Part shown: in pieces, positions 27,617-38,068 of the stretch
How positions within the stretch are numbered: position 1 is the first letter of the stretch
Layout: each line of letters begins with the position of its first letter
Position numbers and translations under genes: made by a program
Notes under the pieces: generated by a model
What the model saw: the letters and a program-made list of their open reading frames with translations, nothing else
Told to the model about the DNA's origin: nothing
Databases searched by the model: none
DNA from: Syntrophorhabdaceae bacterium
GTDB taxonomy: Bacteria; Desulfobacterota; Syntrophorhabdia; Syntrophorhabdales; Syntrophorhabdaceae
Assembly (NCBI GenBank): GCA_963666485.2
Contig: CAXXUO010000001.1
Span: 416,001-480,000, forward strand
Reading direction: 5' to 3'
Length of the DNA: 64,000 nucleotides

Positions 27617-28489
27617 TCAGGCTATCCGGTAAAGTTCCGGATCGCAGGCAATGAGACCGTCTTTTACCAGCACGTCGAGTATGGGCTTGAGACGCCCGGG
27701 CGCACACCCGGTCGCCCGGGCAATGTCGTCGGCCGATCTGCCGGAACTGCCCATGAGCAGCCTCAAAACCATTCCCCTTATCTGCCTGTCGGAGCCCTCG
27801 AAGCGGGATTGCCGGGAATAATGCGCACTCTTCCTGTTCGGGTTTGCAGCGATACCGGCGAGGTATGTTCCATAATCCATGAGCGCATAGTACCAATCGC
27901 GGGCGTGTGACCGGTCAAGGGTCGCTTCGACGAGCGGGACGATCTCGTTGTCCATAACCTTGTCTTTGCCCGGAAAAAAGTGATGGATGAAGACCCGCCT
28001 GATGTTGGTCTCGATAAAAACGACCGGCAGGTTGAACGCAAATGCCATGATAGATCCAGCCGTCGCATCCCCGATACCGGGCATCGCCCGCAAAAGTTCC
28101 CGGCCGCGCGGCAAGGCCCCTGCGTATTCATCCACCACGGTCCCGGCAATCTTTTTGAGGGAAAGGGCCCTCCTGTTATAGCCAAGTCCCTGCCACGCAT
28201 CGATAACATCGCTCAAAGGGGCAGCCGCAAGACTGCTGAAATCGGGGAACCTTTCAACGAACGGGGTGAATTTTCCCACCACCCGCTGAACCCCTGTCTG
28301 CTGCAGCATGATCTCGGAAACGACGATCCTGTACGGGGTAATATCGTCCCTCCACGGGAATTCCCGCTTATTGTCCCGGTAAAATTCAGTAATATTCCGC
28401 CGGAAACCTGCAATTTCGGTACGTGATAGAGATGATTTGGCCTTGCCCTGCTTTTTCGAACTACGGTCTGATTCCGGTCTCTCAGTCAT
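27617..28489 (-). CDS. mutY: A/G-specific adenine glycosylase (MutY-like, HhH-GPD)
   Basis: FPWR, YRIVVSEIMLQQT, WQGLGYNRRA, MPGIG, ETNIRRV and ALMDYG. No [4Fe-4S] Cys motif. Confidence 0.85.
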   Translation of the reverse strand: MTERPESDRSSKKQGKAKSSLSRTEIAGFRRNITEFYRDNKREFPWRDDITPYRIVVSEIMLQQTGVQRVVGKFTPFVERFPDFSSLAAAPLSDVIDAWQGLGYNRRALSLKKIAGTVVDEYAGALPRGRELLRAMPGIGDATAGSIMAFAFNLPVVFIETNIRRVFIHHFFPGKDKVMDNEIVPLVEATLDRSHARDWYYALMDYGTYLAGIAANPNRKSAHYSRQSRFEGSDRQIRGMVLRLLMGSSGRSADDIARATGCAPGRLKPILDVLVKDGLIACDPELYRIA

Positions 28490-28643
28490 CGTGATACTGC
28501 GCGACGTCTTCGTCGGTCAATTCGGGAAGTTCACGGATTATGTCACAGATACAAAGTTTGATGGTTGGCGTATTTTCGGGGTCGTAGACATGGAACATGA
28601 TCTTTGCATCCCCGGCTTCATCATTTCTTTTGCTGTCCGTCAT
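28482..28643 (-). CDS. Small hypothetical protein, 53 aa (not in ORF track)
   Basis: MTDSKRNDEAGDAKIMFHVYDPENTPTIKLCICDIIRELPELTDEDVAQYHDD. Fills the uppP-mutY gap; its stop overlaps the mutY start (ATGACTGA). Confidence 0.55.
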   Translation of the reverse strand: MTDSKRNDEAGDAKIMFHVYDPENTPTIKLCICDIIRELPELTDEDVAQYHDD

Positions 28644-28665
28644 GGATGCAGTATAAGCATTCCGC

Positions 28666-29463
28666 CTACATGCGCGGCACGAGGGTAAAAATAACGATCA
28701 GCAGGGCGAGCCCGATACGGTAATACGCAAAAAGATCGAGTGTATGGTCCTTGAGGTAGGTGATGAGGAATTTTAGGCTGACCGCCCCGAATATGAAGGC
28801 AGACAGCATCCCGAAAATATAGAGCCCGATCACATCGCCGTGAAACTGCACGTGCCTCGACTCGTAGATCGCAGAGCCAAGAATTATCGGGATAGCGAGC
28901 ATGAATGAAAAATCGACCGCCTCGCTCTTCCTGATGCCGAGAAATATCGCCATGGTTATCGTGATGCCGCTCCGGGAAACACCGGGCACGAGGGCTATTG
29001 CCTGGGCTATGCCGATGGCGATCGCGATAGGCATCGTGATGTCGCTCCTGTCAACCGCCATCCGCTCGCACAGGATCATCAGGATAGCGACGAGGGCGAG
29101 CATGAATGCTGCAATGATGGGTGCGCGCAGGTAATGTTCTATGACGTGCTTTCCCAGGAAACCTGCGATCACGGCGGGAAGGGTCGCGATTATTATCTTG
29201 AACAGCATTGACCGGGTGCCTCTGCCGTCCCGAAAATCCACCAGGCCTTCTATGACCATGCGCGTAAATTTCTTTCCGTAGAAGACGAGCACCGCGAGCA
29301 AGGTCCCGAAATGGAGCATGACATCGTACGTGAGCGGATTGACATTCGCTTCCGATATCTTAAAAAACCACGGGATGACGATCAGGTGTGCGGAGCTGCT
29401 TATGGGCAGGAATTCGGTTATCCCCTGAATGCCCCCCATGATAATACTCTGAAGCAATGTCAC
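28666..29463 (-). CDS. uppP: Undecaprenyl-diphosphate phosphatase
   Basis: QGITEFLPISSSAHL, HFGTLLA, PGVSRSGIT and FAYYR. Confidence 0.95.
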   Translation of the reverse strand: MTLLQSIIMGGIQGITEFLPISSSAHLIVIPWFFKISEANVNPLTYDVMLHFGTLLAVLVFYGKKFTRMVIEGLVDFRDGRGTRSMLFKIIIATLPAVIAGFLGKHVIEHYLRAPIIAAFMLALVAILMILCERMAVDRSDITMPIAIAIGIAQAIALVPGVSRSGITITMAIFLGIRKSEAVDFSFMLAIPIILGSAIYESRHVQFHGDVIGLYIFGMLSAFIFGAVSLKFLITYLKDHTLDLFAYYRIGLALLIVIFTLVPRM

Positions 29464-30221
29464 GAGATTCCTCCTGGCAGAAACCGGAGGCCAAGCTCGA
29501 GTGAGTCGGTATTGAGCGACGACGGTATCGGAGGCAGAGGCTCCACCGCCCGCAATACGCGAAGGACGGATTCGTCATAGACCCTGTTGCCGGAACGCTT
29601 CTCAATGTTTATATCGACGATCCTGCCGTCTTTCCTGATCTTTATCATGACAATGGTTTCCAGGTCTTTTTTCTGTGCCATGCCCGGGACGTTCCAGGCC
29701 CCCTTTATCTTCTCCCAGATATCGAGGAGGTATTTCTGCAACGCAGGATCAAGAGGCTTTCCGCCGCCGCCGCTTCCCGGCAACCCGCCGCCGCCGCTTC
29801 CCGGCCCGCCCGGTCCCGCTTTGGCAACGTCGATGTAGTCGGTTTTCTTCCGGATATTCCGGATCCTCTCCTGAAGATTGTCGACCTCTTCCTTGCTTGC
29901 CTTTGGCTTCAGTTTCTTCTTCGACAGGGAAACTTCGTCTTCCTTCTGCATCGGCTGCGGTTTTTTGGTCGGGACTTTCTTTTCCTTGATCGCCGGGGCC
30001 GGCTTGTCGGGTTTCTGCTTCGGCTCCGGTTTTGCCTGGGCCTTCGGCCCGCCTCCGCCGCCGCCGAGATTGCCGGCGCTGCCGACGAGGTTAACCGAGT
30101 ATGACCCGGAAAGATCTATCTTTTTTGACGAAAATTTTATCGGGATGGAAAAAGCCGCAATGACAACGATATGAAGGGCCACCGACACCGCAAGCATTTT
30201 GTACCAGGTTTCTTCACTCAT
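29460..30221 (-). CDS. tolA: TolA/TonB-family energy transducer
   Basis: SVALH TM anchor, Lys/Pro-rich linker, and a C-terminal domain (SGNRVYDESVLR). Confidence 0.8.
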   Translation of the reverse strand: MSEETWYKMLAVSVALHIVVIAAFSIPIKFSSKKIDLSGSYSVNLVGSAGNLGGGGGGPKAQAKPEPKQKPDKPAPAIKEKKVPTKKPQPMQKEDEVSLSKKKLKPKASKEEVDNLQERIRNIRKKTDYIDVAKAGPGGPGSGGGGLPGSGGGGKPLDPALQKYLLDIWEKIKGAWNVPGMAQKKDLETIVMIKIRKDGRIVDINIEKRSGNRVYDESVLRVLRAVEPLPPIPSSLNTDSLELGLRFLPGGIS

Positions 30222-30624
30222 TTTTGTCCAGCGGCTTCGTTACGATGTTGACCTTGTCAACACCGGCTTCCCGTATCGTTCCCATGCATTTCACGACGAA
30301 CCCGTACGGTACATCTTTATCGGCGCGAAGATATATCTCTTTCTTGTCTTTGTTTGCGAAAAGGAACTGGATCGCCTGTTTCAGGTCCTTGAACTCGATC
30401 TTCTTTTCGTTGAGGATGAGCCGCTGGTCTTTCGTCACGTTAAGGATTTGCGGCTCTTCTTTCGTCGGCAGTGCCCGTGCCGTGACATTCGGGATGTCTA
30501 TCCCGAGCCCGTGCTGCATCATCGGGGCCGTGATCATAAAGACGATGAGAAGAACGAGCATGACGTCGACCAGAGGGATGACGTTGATCTCGGATAATGG
30601 TCCCTTTGTATCGCGTGTTTTCAT
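30214..30624 (-). CDS. tolR: TolR/ExbD protein
   Basis: EINVIPLVDVMLVLLIVFMITAP and LRADKDVPYG. Confidence 0.9.
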   Translation of the reverse strand: MKTRDTKGPLSEINVIPLVDVMLVLLIVFMITAPMMQHGLGIDIPNVTARALPTKEEPQILNVTKDQRLILNEKKIEFKDLKQAIQFLFANKDKKEIYLRADKDVPYGFVVKCMGTIREAGVDKVNIVTKPLDKNE

Positions 30625-31292
30625 TTTTCCAGGATGTTGAGCAGATACATAGATGCATTTTCCATGCGGGAGAGTATCCTTTTCAGCCGTCCCAGGAAAT
30701 AGTTGTAGGCGAGAACTGCCGGAATGGCGGTCGCAAGGCCGAGGGCGGTAGCGATAAGCGCCTCGCTTATGCCCGGCGCCACGACTGCAAGGCTTGTCGT
30801 ACCCCGGACACCAATTTCACGGAATGAATCCATGATGCCCCACACCGTACCGAAAAGTCCAATGAACGGTGCCGTATTCGCGGTCGTCGCAAGGAAGGAA
30901 AGCCGTCTCTCGAGTTTGACCGACTCCTCTGCGATCGCTATCTTCAGCATGTTGTCGATAGCGGGCATATCTTCCTTGCTCAGTCTGCCGGGGTTGTCCT
31001 TTTGCCTCGATGTGACTTCCTTGTAGCAGGCGAGAACAAGGCGGTAAAAGGCGTTGTCCTGGCTGTCCCGGTATACGGATATCAGCTTCTTGAAAGAGTC
31101 CGCCTCTTTCACGGCCCGGAAGAACCGCTCGCCTTCCGACTCGGTCCGGCCATACTGGCGGAATTTCATGAAAATGATCGTCCACGTTACGATCGAGAAG
31201 AAGAACAGGATCACCATAACGACCTTGGCCATAGGCCCGGCGCCAAGGATCATCCCCATCAAGCCGCTTGAATAAATGTTTGCACTTTCCAT
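30621..31292 (-). CDS. tolQ: TolQ/ExbB protein
   Basis: APFIGLFGTVWGIM and VAPGISEALIATALGL..AIPA; start uncertain. Confidence 0.9.
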   Translation of the reverse strand: MESANIYSSGLMGMILGAGPMAKVVMVILFFFSIVTWTIIFMKFRQYGRTESEGERFFRAVKEADSFKKLISVYRDSQDNAFYRLVLACYKEVTSRQKDNPGRLSKEDMPAIDNMLKIAIAEESVKLERRLSFLATTANTAPFIGLFGTVWGIMDSFREIGVRGTTSLAVVAPGISEALIATALGLATAIPAVLAYNYFLGRLKRILSRMENASMYLLNILEK

Positions 31293-31376
31293 TTTTGGAC
31301 TAGAGATTACAACAAACAACCACGCTTGTAAAGAAAAAGGGGCCATTATTTCGTAAGACACGGGAATAACAAAAAA

Positions 31377-31407
31377 GTTCCACGTTACACGATCCACGTT
31401 CCACGAT
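31377..31407. repeat. Degenerate (TTCCACG)n heptamer array
   Basis: gttccacgttacacgatccacgttccacgat. Confidence 0.6.
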
Positions 31408-31475
31408 CAAAGAAAAGGCGAAAGGCAACAAACGGAAACAAGGTCCCTCTAATCTTTCTATTGCGCCCGTATAGC

Positions 31476-34028
31476 TCACGCCCCGTTTTTCGTATCGAGC
31501 ACCTGGCGCAACACGATGGCCAGTTCTTTCCTGGCAATAGGCTTTGTGAGGAACTGTTTTATACCGGGCGCCTTCGTTTTTTCGGCGGAGAGCGCCTCGC
31601 TATATCCCGTGCATATAATGACGGGTATGTCCGGCCTTATATTGAGGATGTTTTCGGCCAACCTTTTTCCTGTTACGTCCGGCATGGCATAGTCAGTAAT
31701 AATAAGGTCATAATGCTGGGGGTCGGTTCGGAATTTTTTCCACCCTTCATTTCCGCCACTGGCCGAAATCACCGTATAACCGAGACGTTTGAGAGTCTCC
31801 GATATCATTTCCAGAAACGAGGATTCGTCATCCACCACAAGTATCTTTTCCTTCCCGCGAGGAAGCTCGACATGTTCTTCTATTGCTTCCGATACGCCCG
31901 TACTCAAGGGAAAAAATACCTTAAATGTTGTCCCGTTGCCCTTCTTGCTGGCTACTGTGATCCCTCCCTCATGAGACTGTACGATCCCAAAGACGACAGA
32001 GAGGCCCAAACCTGAACCCTGTCCAGCTTCTTTGGTTGTGAAGAACGGATCGAAGACTTTCTTGATAATACCTGCAGGTATTCCATGCCCGGAATCACTG
32101 ACACAGAGCTCAAGATACTTGCCCGGCCCCATGTCAGGGCAGGGCACTCGTCTTCTTGACGTGAATTCTCTTTCCGACACCTCTATCCTGATCGTCCCAT
32201 GGTAATTCCCTATTGCCTGGGCGGCATTGGTTGCCAGATTCATAATGACCTGCTGTACCTGCGCCGGATCGCCTAACATTGGTCCGGAGACAGTCTGAAA
32301 ATCAGTTTTCAAGGCTATTGTGCTCGGCAGGGAACCCCTCAGGAACCTGATAGTTTCTTTCACCAGCGGGACGAGATGCATCGGGCCTCTTTGCATTTCG
32401 CTTTTCCTGCTGAAGGTCAATATCTGCCTCACAAGATCACGTGACCGGTGGCATGCTTTGATAATGTTCTCAAGGTTTCGCCTGGCGCTGTCGTCCATGA
32501 CATCGTCCATGACCAGTTCCGCATTGCCCAAAATGGTTGCAAGCATATTATTGAAATCGTGGGCAATACCGCCGGCGAGTGTGCCGATAGCCTCCATCTT
32601 CTGCGCATGGAGGAGTTGCTTTTCGGCCTGAACGCGCTGTTTCATCTCCGACAGGAAACTATTGTATGCCTTTTCTACTTCTTCAGTCCTTTGCTTCACG
32701 CGCAATTCCAGCTCGTCCCGCGATCTGCGGAGATCGTCCTCCATCTCCCTGCGCTCCGTAATATCTTGCAGGGTCCCGAAAACACGGAACGGAACCTCCT
32801 CGCGGGTCCTGATAACTTCTCCCTTCGAATGCACCCAGCGAACAATCCCATTCGGACGGACAATTCGAAAAGTTACATCATATAAAGATATACCGGCGAT
32901 CGCGTCATGCAATGCCTTTTGTACATTCGGCCGGTCTTCGGGATGTATATGATCAAAAAAGAACTGTCCGTCAACATTGCACGTCCCGGGCTCAAAGCCA
33001 AAGATACGGAACATTTCATTGGACCAGATGACCTTTTGTGAAGGCAATTCGCGCTGCCAGTGCCCTATATGTCCCATCTCCTGCGCGCGGGCAAGCATTA
33101 TCTGGCTTTCCCTCATCGCTCCTTCCATCTGTTTGCGCCGGCTTATGTCTTCCGATGTGCCCAGGATATAGAGAAATTTCCCGCTATCATCATAGACGGG
33201 ACGAGCGCTTAAGGATCCCCACACGATGCTTCCGTCCTTACGGCAAAACCGGGCTTCAAAATTATCCAGAAAACCCTGCTTCTTCAGGAGACCAAAAGCC
33301 CGATCCCGATCTTCCGGGTCGCAATAGATCTGTTTACCTATATCATTGACGGAATCCAGGAGGTCATTCAACGAATCATACCCAAGGTTCCGTATCGCGG
33401 CGGGGTTTGCGGTGAGAAATCTTCCCTCGGGACTCGTACGGTAAAGGCCGATCGGAATGATCTCGAAAATATCCCGGTATTCTTTTGTTATTTTTTCCAA
33501 CTCCTCTTCGACCTGCTTGCGTTCCGTAATATCGATCTCTGAGCCGTCCCAGACGAGCATACCGTCAGCCTGATAACGCGGTCTCGAGATGTATTCGAAC
33601 CATCGGACACGGCCGCTCGGCAATCGCAGGGGCACCTCGATATGCAGGATGCTCAGATTCTTCGCTGCTTCTTCCTCGCGTTCCTTCACGAACGCGCGAT
33701 AATCGGGCAGGACCTGCCCATAGATCTCGTTTGCGTCCGCCAATACTCTTTCCGCAGTTGTTTCGTTCAGCCTTTCCACCGCATGTGAAACATACGTAAA
33801 GCGCCTGCCGCCTTTATCATCGGCGATCAACTGGTAGATCATGACATTAGATAGATTATCCGTGATAAAATGAATTCGATCGTCGCTTTCCCTGAGCTTC
33901 TGTTCCATCTCTTTACGGCAGTCCGATTCCATTTCGAAACGGACCTTCATGTCTTCGATGACCGCCTGAAGCTCCCGGATCTTCCCCCGTGCCTCACGTA
34001 ATTTATCAGGGAGAGTATCTCGCGCCAT
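31476..34028 (-). CDS. Hybrid sensor histidine kinase (3 PAS/PAC + HisKA + HATPase + REC)
   Basis: DITERK PAC ends, GGIAHDFNN H-box, FDPFFTTK..GSGLGL, and a VVDDE..TDYAMP receiver. Confidence 0.93.
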   Translation of the reverse strand: MARDTLPDKLREARGKIRELQAVIEDMKVRFEMESDCRKEMEQKLRESDDRIHFITDNLSNVMIYQLIADDKGGRRFTYVSHAVERLNETTAERVLADANEIYGQVLPDYRAFVKEREEEAAKNLSILHIEVPLRLPSGRVRWFEYISRPRYQADGMLVWDGSEIDITERKQVEEELEKITKEYRDIFEIIPIGLYRTSPEGRFLTANPAAIRNLGYDSLNDLLDSVNDIGKQIYCDPEDRDRAFGLLKKQGFLDNFEARFCRKDGSIVWGSLSARPVYDDSGKFLYILGTSEDISRRKQMEGAMRESQIMLARAQEMGHIGHWQRELPSQKVIWSNEMFRIFGFEPGTCNVDGQFFFDHIHPEDRPNVQKALHDAIAGISLYDVTFRIVRPNGIVRWVHSKGEVIRTREEVPFRVFGTLQDITERREMEDDLRRSRDELELRVKQRTEEVEKAYNSFLSEMKQRVQAEKQLLHAQKMEAIGTLAGGIAHDFNNMLATILGNAELVMDDVMDDSARRNLENIIKACHRSRDLVRQILTFSRKSEMQRGPMHLVPLVKETIRFLRGSLPSTIALKTDFQTVSGPMLGDPAQVQQVIMNLATNAAQAIGNYHGTIRIEVSEREFTSRRRVPCPDMGPGKYLELCVSDSGHGIPAGIIKKVFDPFFTTKEAGQGSGLGLSVVFGIVQSHEGGITVASKKGNGTTFKVFFPLSTGVSEAIEEHVELPRGKEKILVVDDESSFLEMISETLKRLGYTVISASGGNEGWKKFRTDPQHYDLIITDYAMPDVTGKRLAENILNIRPDIPVIICTGYSEALSAEKTKAPGIKQFLTKPIARKELAIVLRQVLDTKNGA

Positions 34029-34207
34029 CACGACACCTCACACTATTTTGGCAATCGATCTATTAAAACAATATCACAAGAATGGAAATTCGGAGCACAA
34101 TTTACACCGTACACAGCAAGCATGCAGTAAAAGCCGGCCCAACCCCAGCCTTCAGCCTCCATTCCACCGCCTGCCAACGCTGAATACCTCCATCAAGGAG
34201 CCACCTT

Positions 34208-34453
34208 AAGAGAGCGCATAATTGAATTCGGCATTTTCCGGCCCCGGATTGGCCCGAAATCGAGAGTACGTCGACGATTTGGCCCGCCCCAGTGAACGAA
34301 GAGAGCGCATAATTGAATTCGGCATTTTCCGGCCCCGGATTGGCCCGAAATCGAGGCGCCAAGGCCGAGCAAACCGGAAGCGTACATTTGTACGCTGAGG
34401 ATTTGCGACGCCGCAGGCAACGAAGAGAGCGGGCCAATCCGGGGCCGGAAAAT
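34208..34453. repeat. Palindromic element with a duplicated 57-bp end
   Basis: 57-bp exact direct repeat (34208-34264 = 34299-34355), 24-bp perfect inverted repeat (34324-34347 / 34430-34453), and a central agcgtaca-tt-tgtacgct palindrome. Confidence 0.85.
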
Positions 34454-34480
34454 AAAACCCCCTGGTTGGGTGCCAGGGGG
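34449..34480 (-). terminator. Rho-independent terminator (minus strand)
   Basis: CCCCCTGG-CACCCAA-CCAGGGGG followed by TTTTATTTT. Confidence 0.75.
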
Positions 34481-34528
34481 AAGGGGGGTTATTATGAGAA
34501 GCTTGTGGAGGTGAATTTCGAAGTTATT

Positions 34529-34649
34529 ATGTGAAATATTGCACGTTGTTCTAAATTTACTTTCGTGCGTTCATCATAATGAACAAATACGGCATAACAA
34601 TGTTCCCAACTTCAAAGGCCATAGTGTCATTATGTGAATTATTTCCCAT
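34529..34649. promoter_or_regulatory. Two Rex-like operator palindromes (34529-34546 and 34632-34649)
   Basis: ATGTGAA-ATAT-TGCACGT and ATGTGAA-TTAT-TTCCCAT versus the Rex consensus TTGTGAA-N4-TTCACAA. Confidence 0.4.
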
Positions 34650-34660
34650 ATCTTGATGGT

Positions 34661-34689
34661 ATATTAATGCATGGGTACCTTTTTGTCAA
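34661..34689 (-). promoter_or_regulatory. Sigma70-type promoter
   Basis: TTGACA-17 nt-TAATAT on the minus strand, in an AT-rich context. Confidence 0.6.
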
Positions 34690-34720
34690 CTAATTTTTTT
34701 TATCACATAGAAACGGATAC

Positions 34721-35833
34721 TTACGAGATCATCAGAGGCAGTTTATCCGCAAAAAGATACCCCTTCAGGGTGGGTATTATCCGTTCGCCCTCGATCCTGA
34801 AGAATCCGGAATCACAAAGTGCGGTGATGCGCTCTCGGGAAGGCGGCGGAACGATATCCCGAACATGTATCCCCCACATGGTCCGGGAACCGAAGAGAAT
34901 TTTTTCGAGGTTCATCTGGCTGTACGATAAGTCCTCCGAACCCCCGACCGGGGTACGGCCTGCGTGCACAAATTCGAGATACGTGCCCACGTCCCGGACG
35001 TTCCACCATCTTGTATTATCTCCAAATGAATGGGCGGACGGCCCGAGCCCGAGGTACGGGGTGTGCTGCCAGTATTTTACGTTATGGCGTGCGACCTTTT
35101 CACTTCCCCGCGCAAAATTGGACACCTCGTAATGGACAAATCCCGAGCCGGTGAGATATTCCGATGTGCCGACAAAAAAGTCCGCCCCGAGCGCATCGTC
35201 CGGCATCGGGAACCTTCCCTCTTTGGCCAAACGCGCGAACGCGGTCTGTCCCTCGACGGTAAGCTGATAACATGAAAGATGGTCCGGCTGAAACGATAGA
35301 GCCCTTTCCACCGTCTTCAGCCAGGCCTCGATCGATTGACCGGGCAGCCCGTACATGAGGTCGATTCCAAATTCAAGGAAGCCGGCCCCGGCGACCGCTT
35401 CCGCGGCGGTGAGCGCCTGCCTCGCCGTGTGGCGCCTGCAAAGGAACCGGACCTCATCGTCCGCGAATGACTGTACTCCAAGGCTTATCCTGTTCACGCC
35501 GAGAGATCTGTAAAGCCGCAGCCTTTCCGGGGTGACGTCGTCAGGGTTCATCTCCACCGTCACTTCTGTTTCGGGTAGGAAATGGAATATGCTGTTCAGG
35601 CCCGTGATGAGTTCCGTTATCTGCCTGTCGCCGAGCAGCGATGGTGTTCCCCCGCCGATGTACAGGGAATCGAACCCGTCGGGCCCGGGATACATCCGGG
35701 CCTCCCGAAGGAGGGCCTCGCACCACCCGTCGATAAGGGATGTGTCCGTTATGGAATAAAAATCACAATAAGGGCACTTCGTTTTGCAGAAGGGCACGTG
35801 GACGTAGAGACCGGGGAGGTCCGTTCTATTCAT
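34721..35833 (-). CDS. hemW: Radical SAM heme chaperone HemW
   Basis: [31 protein letters not shown] and HNVKYW; start overlaps the lepA stop. Confidence 0.92.
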   Translation of the reverse strand: MNRTDLPGLYVHVPFCKTKCPYCDFYSITDTSLIDGWCEALLREARMYPGPDGFDSLYIGGGTPSLLGDRQITELITGLNSIFHFLPETEVTVEMNPDDVTPERLRLYRSLGVNRISLGVQSFADDEVRFLCRRHTARQALTAAEAVAGAGFLEFGIDLMYGLPGQSIEAWLKTVERALSFQPDHLSCYQLTVEGQTAFARLAKEGRFPMPDDALGADFFVGTSEYLTGSGFVHYEVSNFARGSEKVARHNVKYWQHTPYLGLGPSAHSFGDNTRWWNVRDVGTYLEFVHAGRTPVGGSEDLSYSQMNLEKILFGSRTMWGIHVRDIVPPPSRERITALCDSGFFRIEGERIIPTLKGYLFADKLPLMIS

Positions 35834-37622
35834 CGTCTGTCTTGAGGGCTGCGAGGAATGCGCTTTGCGGTATCTCGACATTACCCACGATGCGCATGCG
35901 TTTCTTTCCTTTTTTCTGTTTTTCGAGGAGCTTCCTTTTGCGGGTAATGTCGCCGCCGTAGCACTTCGCCGTGACATCCTTCCGGTACGCCGAGACCGTC
36001 GAACGGGAAATGATCTTGCCCCCGATAGCACCCTGTATCGCTATCTTGAACTGCTGCCGCGGGATCTCGTCTTTGAGCTTCTCGCATACCTTCACGGCAC
36101 GGTCGCGCGCATTGTCCTTATGCACGAGGATCGACAGGGCGTCGACCTTTTCACCATTCACGAGTATGTCGAGCTTCACGAGGTTGCTCTCGCGGTAATC
36201 CGTTATCTCGTAATCGAATGAACCGTATCCCTGCGTGATGCTCTTGAGTTTGTCATAGAAGTCAAAGATGACCTCCGCGAGCGGCAGATCGAATGTCACC
36301 TCCACCCGGCCGGGTGTGGGATAGCTCAAATGGGAGTTTACGCCGCGCCTCTCCATGCAGAGCTTCATCACCGCACCGACATATCTTTCCGGTATCAGGA
36401 TGCTTGCCCTGATGTAGGGCTCCTCCGAACTTTTTATCTGGCCGGGATCGGGGTAGTACAGCGGGTTGTCGACGTCGAGCCGGGTCCCGTCATCCAGAAA
36501 AAACCGGTACTGCACGCTCGGCGCGGTCATGATGATGGACTGGTCGAACTCGCGCTCGAGCCGCTCCTGTACGATCTCGAGGTGAAGAAGGCCGAGATAG
36601 CCGCAGCGGAAGCCCTGCCCGAGTGCGGCGGATGAATCCTTCTGGTATACGAGTGAGGCGTCGTTGAGCTTATATTTCTCGAGCGCCTCGAGAAGCGATT
36701 GGTAATCGTCGGAAGCGATCGGGTAGATCGATGAAAAAACGACCGGCTTGACATCCTTGAACCCGGGAAGAGGCTCCGGGGCGGGGTTGGCGTCGAGGGT
36801 AATCGTGTCCCCTATCCGTGTGTCGCTCACCGTTTTTATTCCTGCAATAATATAGCCGACCTCTCCCGCGGACAGGTCTTTTTGCGGTTCCCGGTTGAGG
36901 CGGAACACCCCGACCTCTTCAACGCGGTAGGTCGTGCCCTGCGACATCAAGCGTATGATGTCCCCCTGTTTTACCGTGCCGTCAAATACCCGGCAGCTGA
37001 CGATGGTGCCCCTGAATGAGTCGTAATGGGCATCAAATGTCAGGGCCGTCAGCGGTTTGTCGGGGTCGCCCGTGGGCGGTGGTATCCTCTCCACGATGGC
37101 CTTGAGGATGTCCTCGATACCGGTGCCTTCCTTGGCCGAGCAGAGGATGGCCGTTTCGGGGTCGAGGCCAAGCTCGGCATCTATCTCGTTCTTCACCCGT
37201 TCCACGTCAGCGACCGGCAGGTCGATCTTGTTTATCACGGGGATAATGACAAGGTTGTGCTCGAGCGCCGCATAGAGGTTCCCGAGTGTCTGCGCCTCGA
37301 CGCCCTGCGCCGCATCGATGAGCAGGAGCACCCCCTCGCACGATGCGAGGGCCCGTGACACCTCGTAGGAAAAATCCACGTGGCCCGGCGTATCGATGAG
37401 GTTCAGCTCATATTCCTGCCCGTTCTCATCGACATACGGCAAGTCGACGGTCTGGCTCTTGATCGTGATGCCGCGCTCGCGCTCGATATCCATCGTGTCC
37501 AGTATCTGGTCTCGGAACTGCCGGTCCTCGACCAGGTGTGTGTACTGGATAAGGCGGTCGGCAAGCGTTGATTTGCCATGATCTATATGGGCTATGATGC
37601 TGAAGTTCCGTATATGCTTCAT
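35826..37622 (-). CDS. lepA: Translation elongation factor 4
   Basis: [28 protein letters not shown] and [23 protein letters not shown]. Confidence 0.98.
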   Translation of the reverse strand: MKHIRNFSIIAHIDHGKSTLADRLIQYTHLVEDRQFRDQILDTMDIERERGITIKSQTVDLPYVDENGQEYELNLIDTPGHVDFSYEVSRALASCEGVLLLIDAAQGVEAQTLGNLYAALEHNLVIIPVINKIDLPVADVERVKNEIDAELGLDPETAILCSAKEGTGIEDILKAIVERIPPPTGDPDKPLTALTFDAHYDSFRGTIVSCRVFDGTVKQGDIIRLMSQGTTYRVEEVGVFRLNREPQKDLSAGEVGYIIAGIKTVSDTRIGDTITLDANPAPEPLPGFKDVKPVVFSSIYPIASDDYQSLLEALEKYKLNDASLVYQKDSSAALGQGFRCGYLGLLHLEIVQERLEREFDQSIIMTAPSVQYRFFLDDGTRLDVDNPLYYPDPGQIKSSEEPYIRASILIPERYVGAVMKLCMERRGVNSHLSYPTPGRVEVTFDLPLAEVIFDFYDKLKSITQGYGSFDYEITDYRESNLVKLDILVNGEKVDALSILVHKDNARDRAVKVCEKLKDEIPRQQFKIAIQGAIGGKIISRSTVSAYRKDVTAKCYGGDITRKRKLLEKQKKGKKRMRIVGNVEIPQSAFLAALKTDDE

Positions 37623-37650
37623 TTGACTGGGGCTTGCGCCGCCCCTTCCC

Positions 37651-37995
37651 TTACCTTTTCACTATTTCGACATCGACTTCGCCCCCGAAAACGTCGGCGA
37701 GTTCCCTGTTAAGACTGATCATATCGTCTTCTTTCTCTGCTTCAATCACAAGTTCCCGGTCATCCAGGACCTTCAGTTTCCCGTACTTCTTCACGACATC
37801 TATCACTTTCTTCGGATCGGTCGTGACCCACCCTTTCATTCTTTTGACCAGTTCTTCCCCGTTAAAGGACCTTTCGATAGTGAGGTCGACCCTGCGCTTC
37901 TTTGCCTCCCAACCAACCAATGCCGGCTGGGCAACCATGGGCGTCACCGGATCATGCATGGCCGCGCACCTGAACCACAATTTTGCCCTGACCAT
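37651..37995 (-). CDS. Hypothetical protein, 114 aa
   Basis: Strong GAGGAGG RBS, normal composition, co-oriented with lepA. Confidence 0.75.
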   Translation of the reverse strand: MVRAKLWFRCAAMHDPVTPMVAQPALVGWEAKKRRVDLTIERSFNGEELVKRMKGWVTTDPKKVIDVVKKYGKLKVLDDRELVIEAEKEDDMISLNRELADVFGGEVDVEIVKR

Positions 37996-38068
37996 AACGC
38001 ACCCTCCTCGATAAGCATTGAGAAAAACAACATTAAATTAATGGTTTATAAGGGGAAAGTCAATGAAG

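Larger units (their letters stand above)
34449..34654 (-). ncRNA. Candidate small RNA, about 205 nt
   Basis: Bounded by a near-consensus promoter and a terminator, with no long ORF. Contains CACCUCC and a C/U-rich tract. Confidence 0.4.

Noticed and set aside
34208..34355. Mini CRISPR array (two 57-bp repeats with a 34-bp spacer)
   Set aside because: Only two repeats, too long for typical CRISPR repeats, part of a larger palindromic element, and no cas genes.
34102..34534. ORFs 34102-34437, 34193-34420 and 34313-34534
   Set aside because: They are translations of repeat DNA (duplicated peptide segments) with no RBS or family motifs.
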